DNA of 64,000 nucleotides from Amoebophrya sp. A120 (Eukaryota > Protista > Dinoflagellata), in the NCBI GenBank assembly GCA_905178155.1, contig CAJINV010000011.1, forward strand, positions 2,590,485-2,654,484, in the 5' to 3' direction. Each line of letters starts with the position of its first letter. Positions within the stretch are counted from its first letter, which is position 1. Below are positions 1-12,112 of this stretch, one piece after another. Below the pieces are notes generated by a model that worked only from the letters and a program-made list of their open reading frames with translations, was not told the origin of the DNA and made no database searches. The translations under genes were made by a program, and so were the position numbers.

Positions 1-381
1 GTAGTGCTTCTTGTAAAAAAGCATGAGCAGCTTCTTGGAAAATAACCGGAAAGGAGCAGCAAGTTGCTACGTGAGCAAGTCGAAGAGAAACAAAACGCGC
101 GGGCGTGGCCATCTTGATCTTGGTTGGTCTGCTCGTTCTCGTGTTATCTTCGCCTCTACATGTTGCTACGGCTCTACGTGTGGACTTCAATCTGGGTGGT
201 CCAGCTCCTACTTCTCGATCAGACAGTCACTCGTCGCCCTTCCCTCTGCTTGGACCTGCAGCGCTGGATCATCGAACACCAATCACGCGGGAGGGCGAGT
301 GATTTACATCCACCGTCGGTGAAGCACAACTCCGACTTTGATGATCTTAAGCGACACGGCTCCTGCGACGTTTCTTGTCTT

Positions 382-1709
382 TTATTGTTCCATGAAGTAC
401 CGTTGCCACATCATGGGACAGAGCATTTCTAGCTCGGTCACGCTGCTACTCCAGTATATCCTCCCAGCGGATCCAAACATCAGCACAAACAACACCACCG
501 ACGCCCAAGCGCGCTGCTTTTTCGTCGGCGCCACCATCTGCTGCGGATTGTTCGCGTCAAAGAGTCGTTGGTCGGACAAAGGGGTGAACCGAATACTGGT
601 GTGTTTCTGCAACACGCAGCCCAGGCACATACCCCCAAGGAACCCGCCGAGATGCCCGTAGTGGTCGATTGTGCTCCAGTTCAGGATTTCCCAGGCGGCC
701 AGCATGCCCACCACCCGCATCCAATGCTCGTGTAATCTCGTCTTCAGCTGCATGTCCTCAATGTGCGGCCACTCGACGACGAATAACCGGCCAACTTGCA
801 CGCCAATCAAGCCGTAGCAGCTCGTGCTCGCCCCTACCCCGTTCACGCCGAACGCGTCGGAGAGTAGGTTGCCGGAAATCCCAGTGACTAAAAACACGAT
901 GAAGAATTTCACCGGCCCAAATTCCGCTTCCGTCGTCGTGCCCTCGGAGAATTGGAAGTAGAGGCTCATGAGAATGTGGGGGATGTTGCCGTGCAGAAAA
1001 ATCGGCACAATCATTCGCCGGAGCTCGATCCAGTACTTGTCCTGCAACACGTAGGCGCACTGCTCCATCGTGCGGTCCGAGGAGCCGAGCTTCCAGTTCG
1101 CGAGCGGTTCGGGTATTGTAAGGAAAAATCCCCCCACCCCATATCGAAAAGAAAATTTGTCATGCTGATTTGTGACCACAAATCACCTTTGTCTTGCGTA
1201 CAAGGCAAACGGCACCCATGTGGCGCATGGTACAGCGAGTCTGTCATGCGTTTTCGCCCATGTCAGACTTGTTTCTCATGCTCAGCTGCTAGCCGGATGC
1301 GTACCCAAATGGGCTTAGAATATGCCGACAAGCTCTTGCTGCAACACAAAGTTCATTTGTGTACACAAATCCAGCAACACAAATTGTCTCTTTGATATGG
1401 GGTCGTGGGGGCTTTTTTCACTTTGATATCGGGGGTGATGTACCCCCGGGGGGTGATCACGAGGCAGGCAATCAGAAAAATTACGCATTCGAGCACGATG
1501 CAGACGCCCTGGACGCTTCGCCACCGCAAATGGGGAAAGTGGCGTTTCAGAAACCCGGGGGGTTGGTCTGGCTGGAGGGCTCCGTTTTGCTCTGCGAGGA
1601 CCTGGTCGCGGAAAGCGACGGAGCGGGCGCCGGATTGTTGGTCGGCTGGCTCCATCAGTTGCTGGGTGCGGCCTTGGTCGGCTCCTGATCGGGAGAAGCG
1701 GTTACCCAT
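382..1709 (-). CDS. Rhomboid-family intramembrane serine protease; exons 1709-1429 and 1108-382
   Basis: Motifs ELRRMIVPIFLHGNIPHI, catalytic VGASTS and DHYGHLGG, several hydrophobic helices. Removing the 320-nt introner joins YITP to EPLANW in frame. The MGNRFS start resembles a myristoylation site. Confidence 0.85.
1114..1428. mobile_element. Introner-type non-canonical intron in the rhomboid gene
   Basis: About 65-bp imperfect TIR (TATTGTAAGGAAAAATCCCCCCACCCCATATC vs reverse complement TATCAAAGTGAAAAAAGCCCCCACGACCCCATATC). TSD TCGGG at 1109-1113 and 1429-1433. Confidence 0.88.
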
Positions 1710-2665
1710 TTTGAAGTTCAGTGGGGGGCTGTGAGTCGGGGGCACTAGATGAAAGAAGCATAGTATCTAAAACTCTCACCGTAGAGTCGAGCTGATCTCG
1801 TATGATCACAACCTGCACCGCCAGCACCTGCTAGTACGTGTACGAAAAAAAACAATCATAGTTTTGCGCAGGAAAAGATTCGTTTCAACTTCACGTTCTG
1901 TACTTCAGCTCTCAGAACTCCCTCGTGGAAAGAAAAAATCTAGCAGCGGAACAAGTGTCGGTGCTGGAAGATCCACTACAGTTTGACGAGCTCGGGCACC
2001 ATGTGGTTCTGTCTTTTTTTTCTTGTTTCTCATATCAAATAACAAGAGAGGTATTCGAAAGTTCACGGTTTCTGATCGACGGCAGGGAGCTTTCCGCCAC
2101 CAATAAAGGCGAGGGCTTCAATAGATGCAAACAAAATTGCACGGTTATCGTCCTCAAGAAGACCCAATGGAAAATAGATTGGAAGGTGATTATTTCAGCT
2201 AACGCAAAGTCAGCAAGATCGTTTTGAAACCTCAAGAGTAAACCACCCTAAACCCCGCGAAGGGGATAACTTCGAATGAAAATCTAGCTCGAAAGAAGCT
2301 GAAGATAGACTCTGTAGTACTAGTAAACCCGTCAGAAAATCAAAGAAAGAAAAGTTCTTATAGATAGTTGTACGAGCGTCATACACCGAAGAGGTGTTTG
2401 TTGGAATTTGTGAGGAATATTACCGAAGTGATGAAGATTGGTAAAGCAGATTTTAGCTGCGTGCCAAAATGTTGGAGAAATCCAGATGAACGTCCGCTCG
2501 GCGCAAGCGCGAGAACCACAAGTCTTCAACATACGCTGGCTTTACCTGTCGTAGTATAAATATAGAATGTCATTTTCATCTATTGATTCGTCGTACGCGT
2601 TTATTGGACATTGCAAAGGAAAGGCATACTACACTGATGTTAGAGTCCAAGAGCAGAATATGCAC

Positions 2666-3117
2666 TTACTTGCGGTAGTCGCTGGTGTAGGAGCGCTGGC
2701 CGCTGCTGTTGGTGTAGTGCGAGTAGCCACCACCGGACTTTCCACCGTTAGAGATGTAGAACCCGGATCCCGACGAAGCTGCGGACGCGGAGGGCGCGTA
2801 GTAGCTAGATCCAGAGCGGCCGCCGGTACCTGATGTGAAAGTAGTTCTGATCACATTTCCACAAATGCATTTCTTACGTTCGTTCGTTGAAGTTATCCGC
2901 GGATCTCTAGTTTATTCAATATTTCCTTTTATTACAGTGTGTAGAGTACAGGGAATGGCATTCTATTCATAAGTGTGTGAGAAGCAGCATTTGAGCAACA
3001 AATTCAAATATTACCGCCGCTGGAGTAGCTCGGGTTGCTGTACGAGTAGCCACCGTTGCTATACGTGGTGTACGAATTGCCCTGGGCATTCGTACCACTG
3101 TAAGTCGCTTTCGGCAT
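2666..3117 (-). CDS. Small (~88 aa) Tyr/Gly/Ser/Asn-rich protein; exons 3117-3015 and 2829-2666
   Basis: MPKATYSGTNAQGNSYTTYSNGGYSYSNPSYSSG joins TGGRSGSSYY...SYTSDYRK in frame through a GT-AG intron (3014-2830). Composition is the same in both exons. Exon 1 is absent from the ORF track. Confidence 0.7.
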
Positions 3118-3878
3118 CTTTAAAAGATGTAGATGGGATTGGGGTTCTACGTGAGCTGACAGAGTTTTTAGCTTTACCAAACTTGTCGTAGTGTCTTCAG
3201 AATTCTAGTGTAGACCGTGTCAAAAGGCTTGCGAGTCGATTCCAAAAAAGTATGGCTAGAAGTATAGCACGCGACACGAGTTGATGTGCCCCAGTTTCGT
3301 ATTTGTGTTTGCTTCTCTCTGTGCTGCTGCCGAAATTTTGCTTGAGGTCGTTTGCTGTCTCTCGTTTCGCCGCATGCAAGAATGAGAATGAAAAGCGTGG
3401 AGTATGCGAACGATCGTGATCCCTATAGCACCATACTAGACGTTAAACACAATACGAATGCGTCCAGATCATGAACGAGGACTTCAGCTCGGAAAAGTGA
3501 AAACATCGAAGTATTAACACATTTTCTGTCTCGAAGCAAAGCCCTTCACCTTGCGCAAGTAGAGCGTTATATAGCACATTAGTACTGCTCTTGTTGGGCT
3601 CCGCCTTTTACTTCCGGAGCGTTTCACGTCTCAACGGGACCTGCCTGAGGATGAATGCTATCGCTATCTTTTTGAACTTCATCATACTTGTCCACTTCGT
3701 GTCTCTGTTTGAGCTGAGGCTATCTGTTTTTTCGTTCTGGGATAATTTCACGCATTGTTTTCAGCGATCATCGCCATCATCTTCATAGCACATGCACAAC
3801 TTGTAGTTCTGGATGTACTTGTAGCTGAAGATGATGCCAGTGTCATCACCTTCACCTAGATGAGGTTTTACAAGCACT

Positions 3879-6800
3879 CTATCTCAGCGTCCTGGAGAAC
3901 GGCTTCGGGTCCATGTACGCATTCTGCGATTTTTCCCCGCCTTCCGACGCCACCCCACTTCTCCTCGACGCCGTGCTCCGTCGTGACGCCGCCGAAATCG
4001 GCCTCGAGCGCGCTGCACTGCTCGGACGGGTGTTGCTCAGTACCGCCTGCTGGGTTAATACCACGACTTCCCCCTTTGCAGCGGCCCGCTTCTTCTTCGC
4101 GATGCTGTTTGGGGGTGCAGGCTCCGGCGGCGCGTTAAGTTGCACTCGGGTGCGTGGTGCCGAGGGTGGGCGGGTGCCGGCGGAGGTTGCTGTGATGAAG
4201 TGAATAAGTTGGGGTAAACGAAAGTGGATCAAGACAGAACAAAATTCAATAATGCAACTACGGATTCCGTCGTTTCGGTTTTCGCATCAATTTAAAGGTA
4301 CTAAACATATCGCAGTGCGCAATGTGGAAACCACCACGTGCTTACGTCTGAAGCTCCGATGCGACGGCTTTCTCGTTGATTGTTCGATCGCCGCTGGCTG
4401 CGGCCTAAGCGCATCGCACATAACGCACTGGTCCGGGCTGACTTCGTTCAGGAAGTTGCATTCATCACACCGCCACGGCAGACTCAGATGAGACATTTTG
4501 TTCGTCCCTTCACAAGTGGACGCTGCACCTCCAGAATTGCTTCTACTTCGAGGCTGGTGGTGGTGTGCTTGTTCAGGATCAGTTGAGGGAAGACCACACG
4601 ACCCGCCCTCCTCTGCAGTGAAGATCAGCTTCTCATTGTACAGGAGGCCCTGCTCGTCCTGAGGTGGTGCTCCCGTTGCTGCGGGCACTGGCATCGGGAC
4701 CTCCGGTTCCTCCTCCGTCTGCTCCTCCGCAGCGGTAGCTTTCGTCGGGAACACCACGAGCGGGGATGCTTCGAAATCCGTTTTCGCGGAGGGGTCGTCG
4801 GACTCTTCTAGCGTCGCGACCATTGTAGCAGCTCCTTCTGGGAGGTGAGTTTTAGGTAAGGGCTCTGCGCGTGACGAGAGCTCTTGCTGCTCTTCTTCTG
4901 GTAGATTCGCAATGAACTCCTGGCTTTTCTCTTCGTATTTCGCCTGCGCCTCTTCCGCTTCGTACTGGAGCACCTCGCCCATCAGGTCCGTCCAAGCGAG
5001 ATCGAGCTTGTGTTCTGCGGGGGGTGGGGGGCGTGCGGCCTTGCGTGTGAACAACGGCACGCTCGATTGGTGCTGCAGCTTTTCCTCTGAATTCGGTGGA
5101 GCAGCATCATCATTCGCTGAATTATCATTACCTGCTGGTATTGGAAAGTCATATTGGACATCTTTCTCATGATGTTGCTGCGCACTACCCGAAGCAGGGT
5201 CTTCAGGTTCAGGCGACCTTGGCGTCGATGCGTACAGTGTGTTGTTCCCCCGATTGTTCGTCGACCCGGAAGCGGCTATAACTGGCGACCCCCTTCGGCT
5301 CGAAGGCGCACTTCTTCCGCTACTGTTGATTTCCGGAAGGGGTGCCACACTGCTGGTTCGGCTCGTTGCTGCATCTTCTGCTCCTGGGGCCGGGGGGTCT
5401 GTACGCTCTGCTTCTGACGAAGCAGCTGGACGATCATCTGTGCCGCCTGCTGCACCGGCGGCCTCTTTTCCCTGCACCATTTGAACATCAAGCCGGCTCC
5501 CCGGTCTGCTACTGCGCTCGATTTCCAACGGAGATGATCCGGACGGCGAGTATTCCATCCTGGGCACCGCAGCTTTGCGACGCGAAGAGGATGCTGACGA
5601 ACCAGATTCCGGCATGATGGGACTTCGGGAAGAGGAGGATGGAAATTCCGCTCTGTTTGTCGTTGCTATTGGCGGCGTGGGCGTGTTCCCGGGTGTGCGC
5701 CAGGACGAACTCGACGAAGCCCGTTGCAGCGGCGGAGAAAAGGGTTGCGAAACGAAACCCCCAAGGGCGTTTTGTGCGATGGCGTTAGCAGCAGATGAGC
5801 CTTTTTGTTGCAGTTCTTTTCCCGGTGAGGACCGCCTTGCGGAAATAGGACGGATGGTTTCCCCAGGCGATTCTGACGGCGTGGCTTTCTCGTCCTCTCT
5901 CCGGACCGAGGAGGACGCAGTTTGGACGGGTCGAAGAACAAGTTCACCACCGCTTTGCGAGGCAGAAAGCGACCTTGGAGTCGTGATGATGCACGGTGGG
6001 GTAGAACTACAATTTTTGTCACCAGCAGGAGCTTGCTCAGCTTCAAGTGGCAACGTTCTCGAACTACTCTGGAGCGGTGCACCTGATGAGATAGACTGCA
6101 GCGCCGGCTCGTCTGCTTGTTCAACTTCCGCACCTCCAACTGTGCCTCGCTTGCTGTCCGAGGGCAAGCTGACGCTGATCTCGCTCTTGGCAAAGGAGAG
6201 TTGTTCCAAACCACCAGCTATATTCGGACTTGTGCATGGGCTCGGCGTCTTCGCGGCGACCGGCAGAACTTTTGGTGCTGGGGTCTCGCTGGTGTTCTCC
6301 ACAGCCGATGGCGTGATTATTTCTGCAGTTGCACGATGTGAAAACCCTGCTGCAGCTTCTTCGATCGTTGCTGGGGCGTCTGGCGCCTGGGATTGTTCGA
6401 GCGCAGCTCCAGCACTGGCTTCAGCGGGCGAAATTTTCTTCGGTTTCGGCTGCAGTGCGTCGGTTACGGCCTGCAAGCCGAGAAACATTACCGGCCTCGA
6501 AGAGGAGCACGTTCCCAGCGAACAAGCGTTCAGCACTTTCTCGACTGGGAACATCTGCAATGCTTTGGATGCGAGCGGGGCAGGTTGCAGTTTGTACTTT
6601 TCCTGATACAGCAGTACGCTTGCAAACTCCGTTTCGCTCAAAACCACTACCCCGGTAGGCTCCGTACCGATAGTTTCCGCGCGAACGAGTAAAGGTCCCG
6701 TAAAAACCGCCCGCGTCGCCTCGGCTCGTCGCAGTGCGGTGCTTGTAGCTGCGGCAACGGATTTGGTTGTTTTGCTCGACGACGTTGGCGTCGTGCAAGC

Positions 6801-9800
6801 CAGAGCCTCCTTGTAATCAGTTACCTCCACCCGCCAATCTGGACGATTGAACCTTCTTTTCGCGGACACCACTACGCGCTGCCCACTGCGTCCCATTTCC
6901 CGGACGACGCTCTTCACGTGCACGAAGTCAGTGGCTAGGCGCATGCGGAAAAACACGCCGCGCACAAGACTTTGAATCCTCGCGACTTTGCGGTCGCGAA
7001 CGCGTCTTGGCCAGACGTTGCGAATTCTGAAGGCGAAAAAAAGGCTGAGGAAGGTAGCGGCGTGCTTCTTTTGTCTGGTGAAGATAAGTAAATTCTCCAA
7101 AACAGTCTTTTTCTGTTCCTGTTTCCAGCGGTTTTCGCGACGCTTGCACAGCTCCGCGAGTTTTTCTTCTCTTGCGTTTTGCAACTGCAGTTTCTTCGCT
7201 TCGACCAACTTTTTTCGCTCCTGATGCATGCGAACGCCGGCTTGCAAGGTCGTTGCTGCGGTGTTCTTTTCCCGGGGAGCGATTTTCTTCACAAAAAACT
7301 TCCAGTCGACGAACCGCTGCAATTTCAAATCCTCTAACCGCTTTCTCTTTCCTTTCTGGTACTTCAGAAATATCCTCCTCGCTTTCCGGCCACACACAGT
7401 CGCCTTCCAGGCATGTTGAATGCGAAGTTGCGCCGCCAGTTCTTTGTCCATCTGGGTCTTGTGTCGAGCTCGCCTCACCTGCGCCTGCCTTTTCCTGCCG
7501 CGCCACCAGCCCTGCAGTCGCTCGGCCGCACGACTTTGCTCAACCTGGGAGCGTATGTGCTTGTTGCGCGTCGAAGATGGTCTGCTCGACGTCCCAAGAA
7601 CTGACGGCTCTGTTGGCGACGGCGCAGCACTCGAAGACGACGAAGATGCAGTCCCGGTTGTGCTTTTGCTACCGATCTTTTGGCTGATCAGCGTCTGTGG
7701 CGTGTAGAGCGACGAAGCGGATGTTGGTGGAGGCGGTGCTGGTGCCCCTGCAGCAGAAATAGCAGCTGCAGTAGGTCCTACTTCCATGTCTTTCATCGGC
7801 CTGTTTCCAAACAACGTCTTCGGCTTGCTCGCGGACTGAGGTCTGGACGATGAAGTTGTTGGCGGAGGAAAAACAAGCCCGTGTGCTGGAGACAACACAC
7901 CCTTTTCCTTCCTCAACTGCGGCGAACCGCGTTGGAAGAGCGTCATGGGCGAACTGGGGAGGCGACGTCGGTTCGCGCCGGCACCACCTCGAGCGGACGA
8001 GATCGTGGACTGGGCGTCGATGTCAAGTGCGGTCGTGTTGTGCTGTCTTGCATTGTTCAGCAGTGGTGTGCAAAGACTTGGAACTTGCAAGGAAGGTAAG
8101 ATGACACAGGACGTGCTCTTCTCCGTACTCCGACAGCTCATCAGGTGCAGGGGCGTGCTGACAGCGGATGCTGGGGTTGCTGCTGCATTAGGACCGCCGC
8201 CGGCAGAACCTGCGCCTCCAAGACGAGGCTGGTATTGCTGGTAGTGTTGCGGCGCAGTTGGTGCACTAGGTGGTGGACCAGCACCGGATAGTACACCAGA
8301 GTGAGACCACTGGTGCTGCACCACCGACGACGTCATGGTCGGAATGCTTTTCGAAAATTCCGTTGAGTTTTCGTCGTCCCCTGCGCTGGCGGATGTTTCG
8401 TCGTCGATGGCTGAGTGCGAAAAAGGTTTTATTTTCTGCGCAAACGCTAGCCTTGGAACCAGCACCGGTTGGTTCGCCGCGACGCCGCACCACTTTTTCC
8501 CTTCCACCAAAACTGTTTGGGGGGAAGAGTGATGTTGTTGAAGTTGCTGGAGGGAAGATCCACCAGCTGGTGCTATAGCGGGTGGCAATGTAGTAGTTGT
8601 CCCGGACGACAAGACCGTGAGAGGGCTGCTGCTCGAGGAGCTGCTACTGGTGAACAAATTTTGCTGCTGTTGCAAAACGTAGTGTTTCTGTTTGTTCGAC
8701 GAATGTTGTACAACAATTTCTTGCGCAACTACGGGGGTTATTGGTCGCTCTACCGGTATTGGCGAGGCGAGCGGGGTTTCCACAACCTCCCGCATTTCCT
8801 TTTGTGCGTTGAAGAAGTTTTGCTGCATCATGTGCGGCGCCGCGCCAAGGGGTAACCGCAGGAGCTGTTCGCCGGAGGTCGTTTTCGTTTTGCCAACCGC
8901 CACGGAGATGCGCTTCGGACTCGATTTTTCCTTCTGCGTGGTTTCTCGCAGAGCGTCCTTAACTCTGGAGATCCACGAGGCGGTGGCGGATTCCGTGTCG
9001 ACTGGGAAATCTGGCTCATCACCTGCGCTTTGAAGTTCATCAATTTCAGCTTTGTCTACTGCGTCATCGTCGTCGTCCTCGCAGAAGTCATCCCCGAGAA
9101 TCTCCGCGTTTGGGCTGATATTCGACTCTTCTGGCGAAATATTTTTCTGCATAGTTGTTGACGGAGCGAGTGGTGGACTACTAGCTTTCCTCACAGCTAT
9201 GTCGATTTTGTCATTCGCAGACACGAGGCTGCTGATAGCAGCGATTGGGATATCACCAAAGGCTGCTGGCCGGTTTCGACGCCTTCCGTTCTGCGATGAA
9301 GGGTCGTGTCGCGCGTCATGATCAGACTCCGGCTTGATGTTCGCATCTCCGTCAAATATTTCGTCCTCCTCCAGCTCTACCATCGGTTTGTGTTTCTGCA
9401 GCCAGTCCAGCTCCTCCTTCGCGCGGTCCAGCGTATAAAAATCAGAGACGTCACTCCTCGCTCGATTCCTTCGGTTGCGCTCCAGCACCGCCGTGACGGA
9501 CTGCTGGAACTTTTCGCGCAGCGGGTGCCCCTCGTCCAGGTGCTCGGTCGCGAGGTGGAGGGCCTTCTTGTAGAGGTGCACGGCTTCCGGGGGGCAGTCC
9601 TCCTTCGACCCGAATTGGAGCTCCTTTTGCACGGCCCAATTGTTGTAGGAAACTGCGAGCGAGGCGACTTTCTCGGCGTATCTGTGTAATAGGATTTAGA
9701 ACTGTCGCACTCAGTGAAGCCGAGTCCTCAAGAACCCAATCATCATTGTACGTGATGAAATTAGCAGCTGCGGATGCGGGTTGTGCACCGCAATAAAACG

Positions 9801-11302
9801 TAAAAGAGATAAATTATGCAGCACGTACTCGCTCGGCGTCGTTTTCGAAAGTCGCATGATGTCCTGCTCGCTTCGTTGCACTGCCCCCATGGCGGCGCTC
9901 TCCGCCTCCTGGTGTTTGCCCAGCTCACTTAGTACGGCGGAGAGGTTCAGGTATGTGACAGCAGCGTCCGCGGCAGGCAGCTCAGGCACCTGGAACGACA
10001 ATTTGAGCATAATTTGGCATCCTTTTAGAAGCGGGAAGAGCTCTAATATCCTCTATTGCTGTTCGGTATCTTTGAAAGCGAAAGTAGACTTAGACAAGAT
10101 GAAAGTTTTGAATTTGATGAAGTTCTTGGACACGTAAAAATATTACCCACATCTTGCTGGTGCTGAGGTACTGCAGCGCTTTCTGGAGGTCCCCACCCTC
10201 CCGCCGTTCCAAACTGGCTAGGTTGTTTAGCGTTAAAGACGCGAAGAGCGCGAACGCCTGCCGGAAGGTCCGCCGCCTAGATTTGTCCGACTCCGTTGTG
10301 TTTAGTTGCGCGCGGGGAATGACAGCGGCCTTCTTTAAATAGTCGTAAAACTGCTTGCCGATGGCGTGCATCTGGCGCTCGGCAACGAGGAGAATCGTGC
10401 GGGCCTCGGGGATTTGACCTGTGATAGAATAATTCGAAAGTCTTGATGCAATGCCAGAACCAGAGCGTGAGCGAGAGCTAGCTGCAATTACAATTATAGC
10501 AAGAGAAGCTGTGCAGACCATCGCCAAAGAACAAATGAAATCAAACTCAGTCGCTAATACCGTCCTCCAATTTCGCCAGCGCGACGGAATTCATGTGCTT
10601 TCCCAAGTCTTCCAGGCAAATTGCCGCCGAGAAGTGGTGCACACCGAAACACCGGACTCGGCTGACAAAGCTCTCGTACATCTGGTCAGCCTGGTCCAGC
10701 TCATGCCTCAGGAGTCGTCGCGCCGAATCGAGCGGCTGCTGTTGCGGCACTGCATCCCCGCCGAGAATTTCCGCATTGATGCTTTGAGACTTCTCCTCGT
10801 CCACGTCCACAGATGTGGTCTCTTTGGTGATGTAATTGAACTGGCACTTTCTTTTCGTCGCGAAAGTTCGCGTAGTACTACTTGCACTGGTCGTCGCAGT
10901 AGTACCATGATTCCCAACAAATACTCTCCTGTTGCCAGCGGAATTGGGCCTCCTTTTCATTCGCATGTGCGGCGTGCAGTCGGAGTCGCTGTAGATGATC
11001 TCCTCCGCAATCTGGTCCGGGTCTTCGAACGGTGGGTCAAAAAAATTGTTCGTCGCATCCGGCCGGTCATCCCACGCGGGCCGGCGCGGACGGTGGCTGA
11101 TCTTCGGCACCGTTGGCGCACCATACTGTTCGCGGGTGACCTTGCGCTTCTCCACCTGGCTGGTTGCCAAGGGGCTCTTCGCGCTGGTTGGGCGCGAAGT
11201 AGCTGAAATTAAGTCGGAACTAGGATCGTTATACTGCGGCGCAGCTGCGGGGACGATGCGCGAACGCGGGGGTCCACGGCTGTACACACCGTACGAAGGC
11301 AT
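3879..11302 (-). CDS. Large protein with TPR-like repeats, IQ motifs and a RanBP2-type zinc finger; exons approx. 11302-10561, 10418-10147, 9989-9829, 9681-4346, 4189-3879
   Basis: TPR-like segments LTLNNLASL, VTYLNLSAVLSELGKHQEA, AVSYNNWAV. IQ-like LQGWWRG, IQHAWK, LQAGVR, IQSLVRG. Zinc finger WRCDECNFLNEVSPDQCVMCD. Four GT-AG introns are phase-compatible. Confidence 0.75.
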
Positions 11303-12112
11303 TGTCGAATAGGAGAAACAGAACCGTTGCCCGCCGGAAGTGTCGGAGGTGTGCGACGATTTATTGTGCAGGCTAGTGTAGAAATCCCCGGAACTACGGG
11401 AACATGATGAAGATCACTCACACTCGATCTCGAAGCTTATTTTGATAACACTCACGAAGAAGAGTTTGTTGAAGAAAAACCACAAGCTGCGATCGCTCGT
11501 ATGCAACAAAAGAAGCTTGCAATGGGTATCATGAAAACTGCACCAACAATAGATTGCTCGCAGACTATACTGCATTGCAAAGCGCGATCAAAAAATATGT
11601 ACATCTAGAGTAATCACTCGTCTCATCGAGGAACATTTATCTTTGATAAATTCTCTAGTCACCACGAGATATTCTCAAATCGAAATATAAAGTGCCTCAA
11701 CGTGATGCAATTTTGTCGACTCCTCTCCCGGTACTCGCTCTCTAGTGAAGATTCTGCTGCAGACAAAGAGAAAGACATCACAAAAAGGACGAGAAAGACC
11801 AACAAGAAAGCAGGCTCTGTTCATGCTTCTGCAACAAGCATGAAGCCGTGATTGCAGTCATAGACAGCGAACGAGGTAGAACAATGAATAAGCAACACCG
11901 TCAAAGTCGTCACTGGTATACTGAAAACGCTCATGAGAAGCGTTATCGTGCAGTACAGGTGGATCATGGTTTTGAGTTTTTGTTAAACCAGCGACTCTCA
12001 GTTACTGTTGGTAGAAACAAATTTGCTGTCAACACTTTAGTAGTAGCTACTCTTGGTATAATTTTGCTTTGCCACTCATCTTCGTTCGTGCAAGGCATTG
12101 GCATTCTTGATC

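Noticed and set aside
105-302. Plus-strand ORF with signal-peptide-like start (MAILILVGLL)
   Set aside because: GTG start, short, opposite to all other genes and without further support.
5575-6606. Long plus-strand ORFs (for example 343 aa here, 251 aa at 10451-11206)
   Set aside because: Antisense shadows of GC-rich minus-strand exons, with no recognisable motifs.
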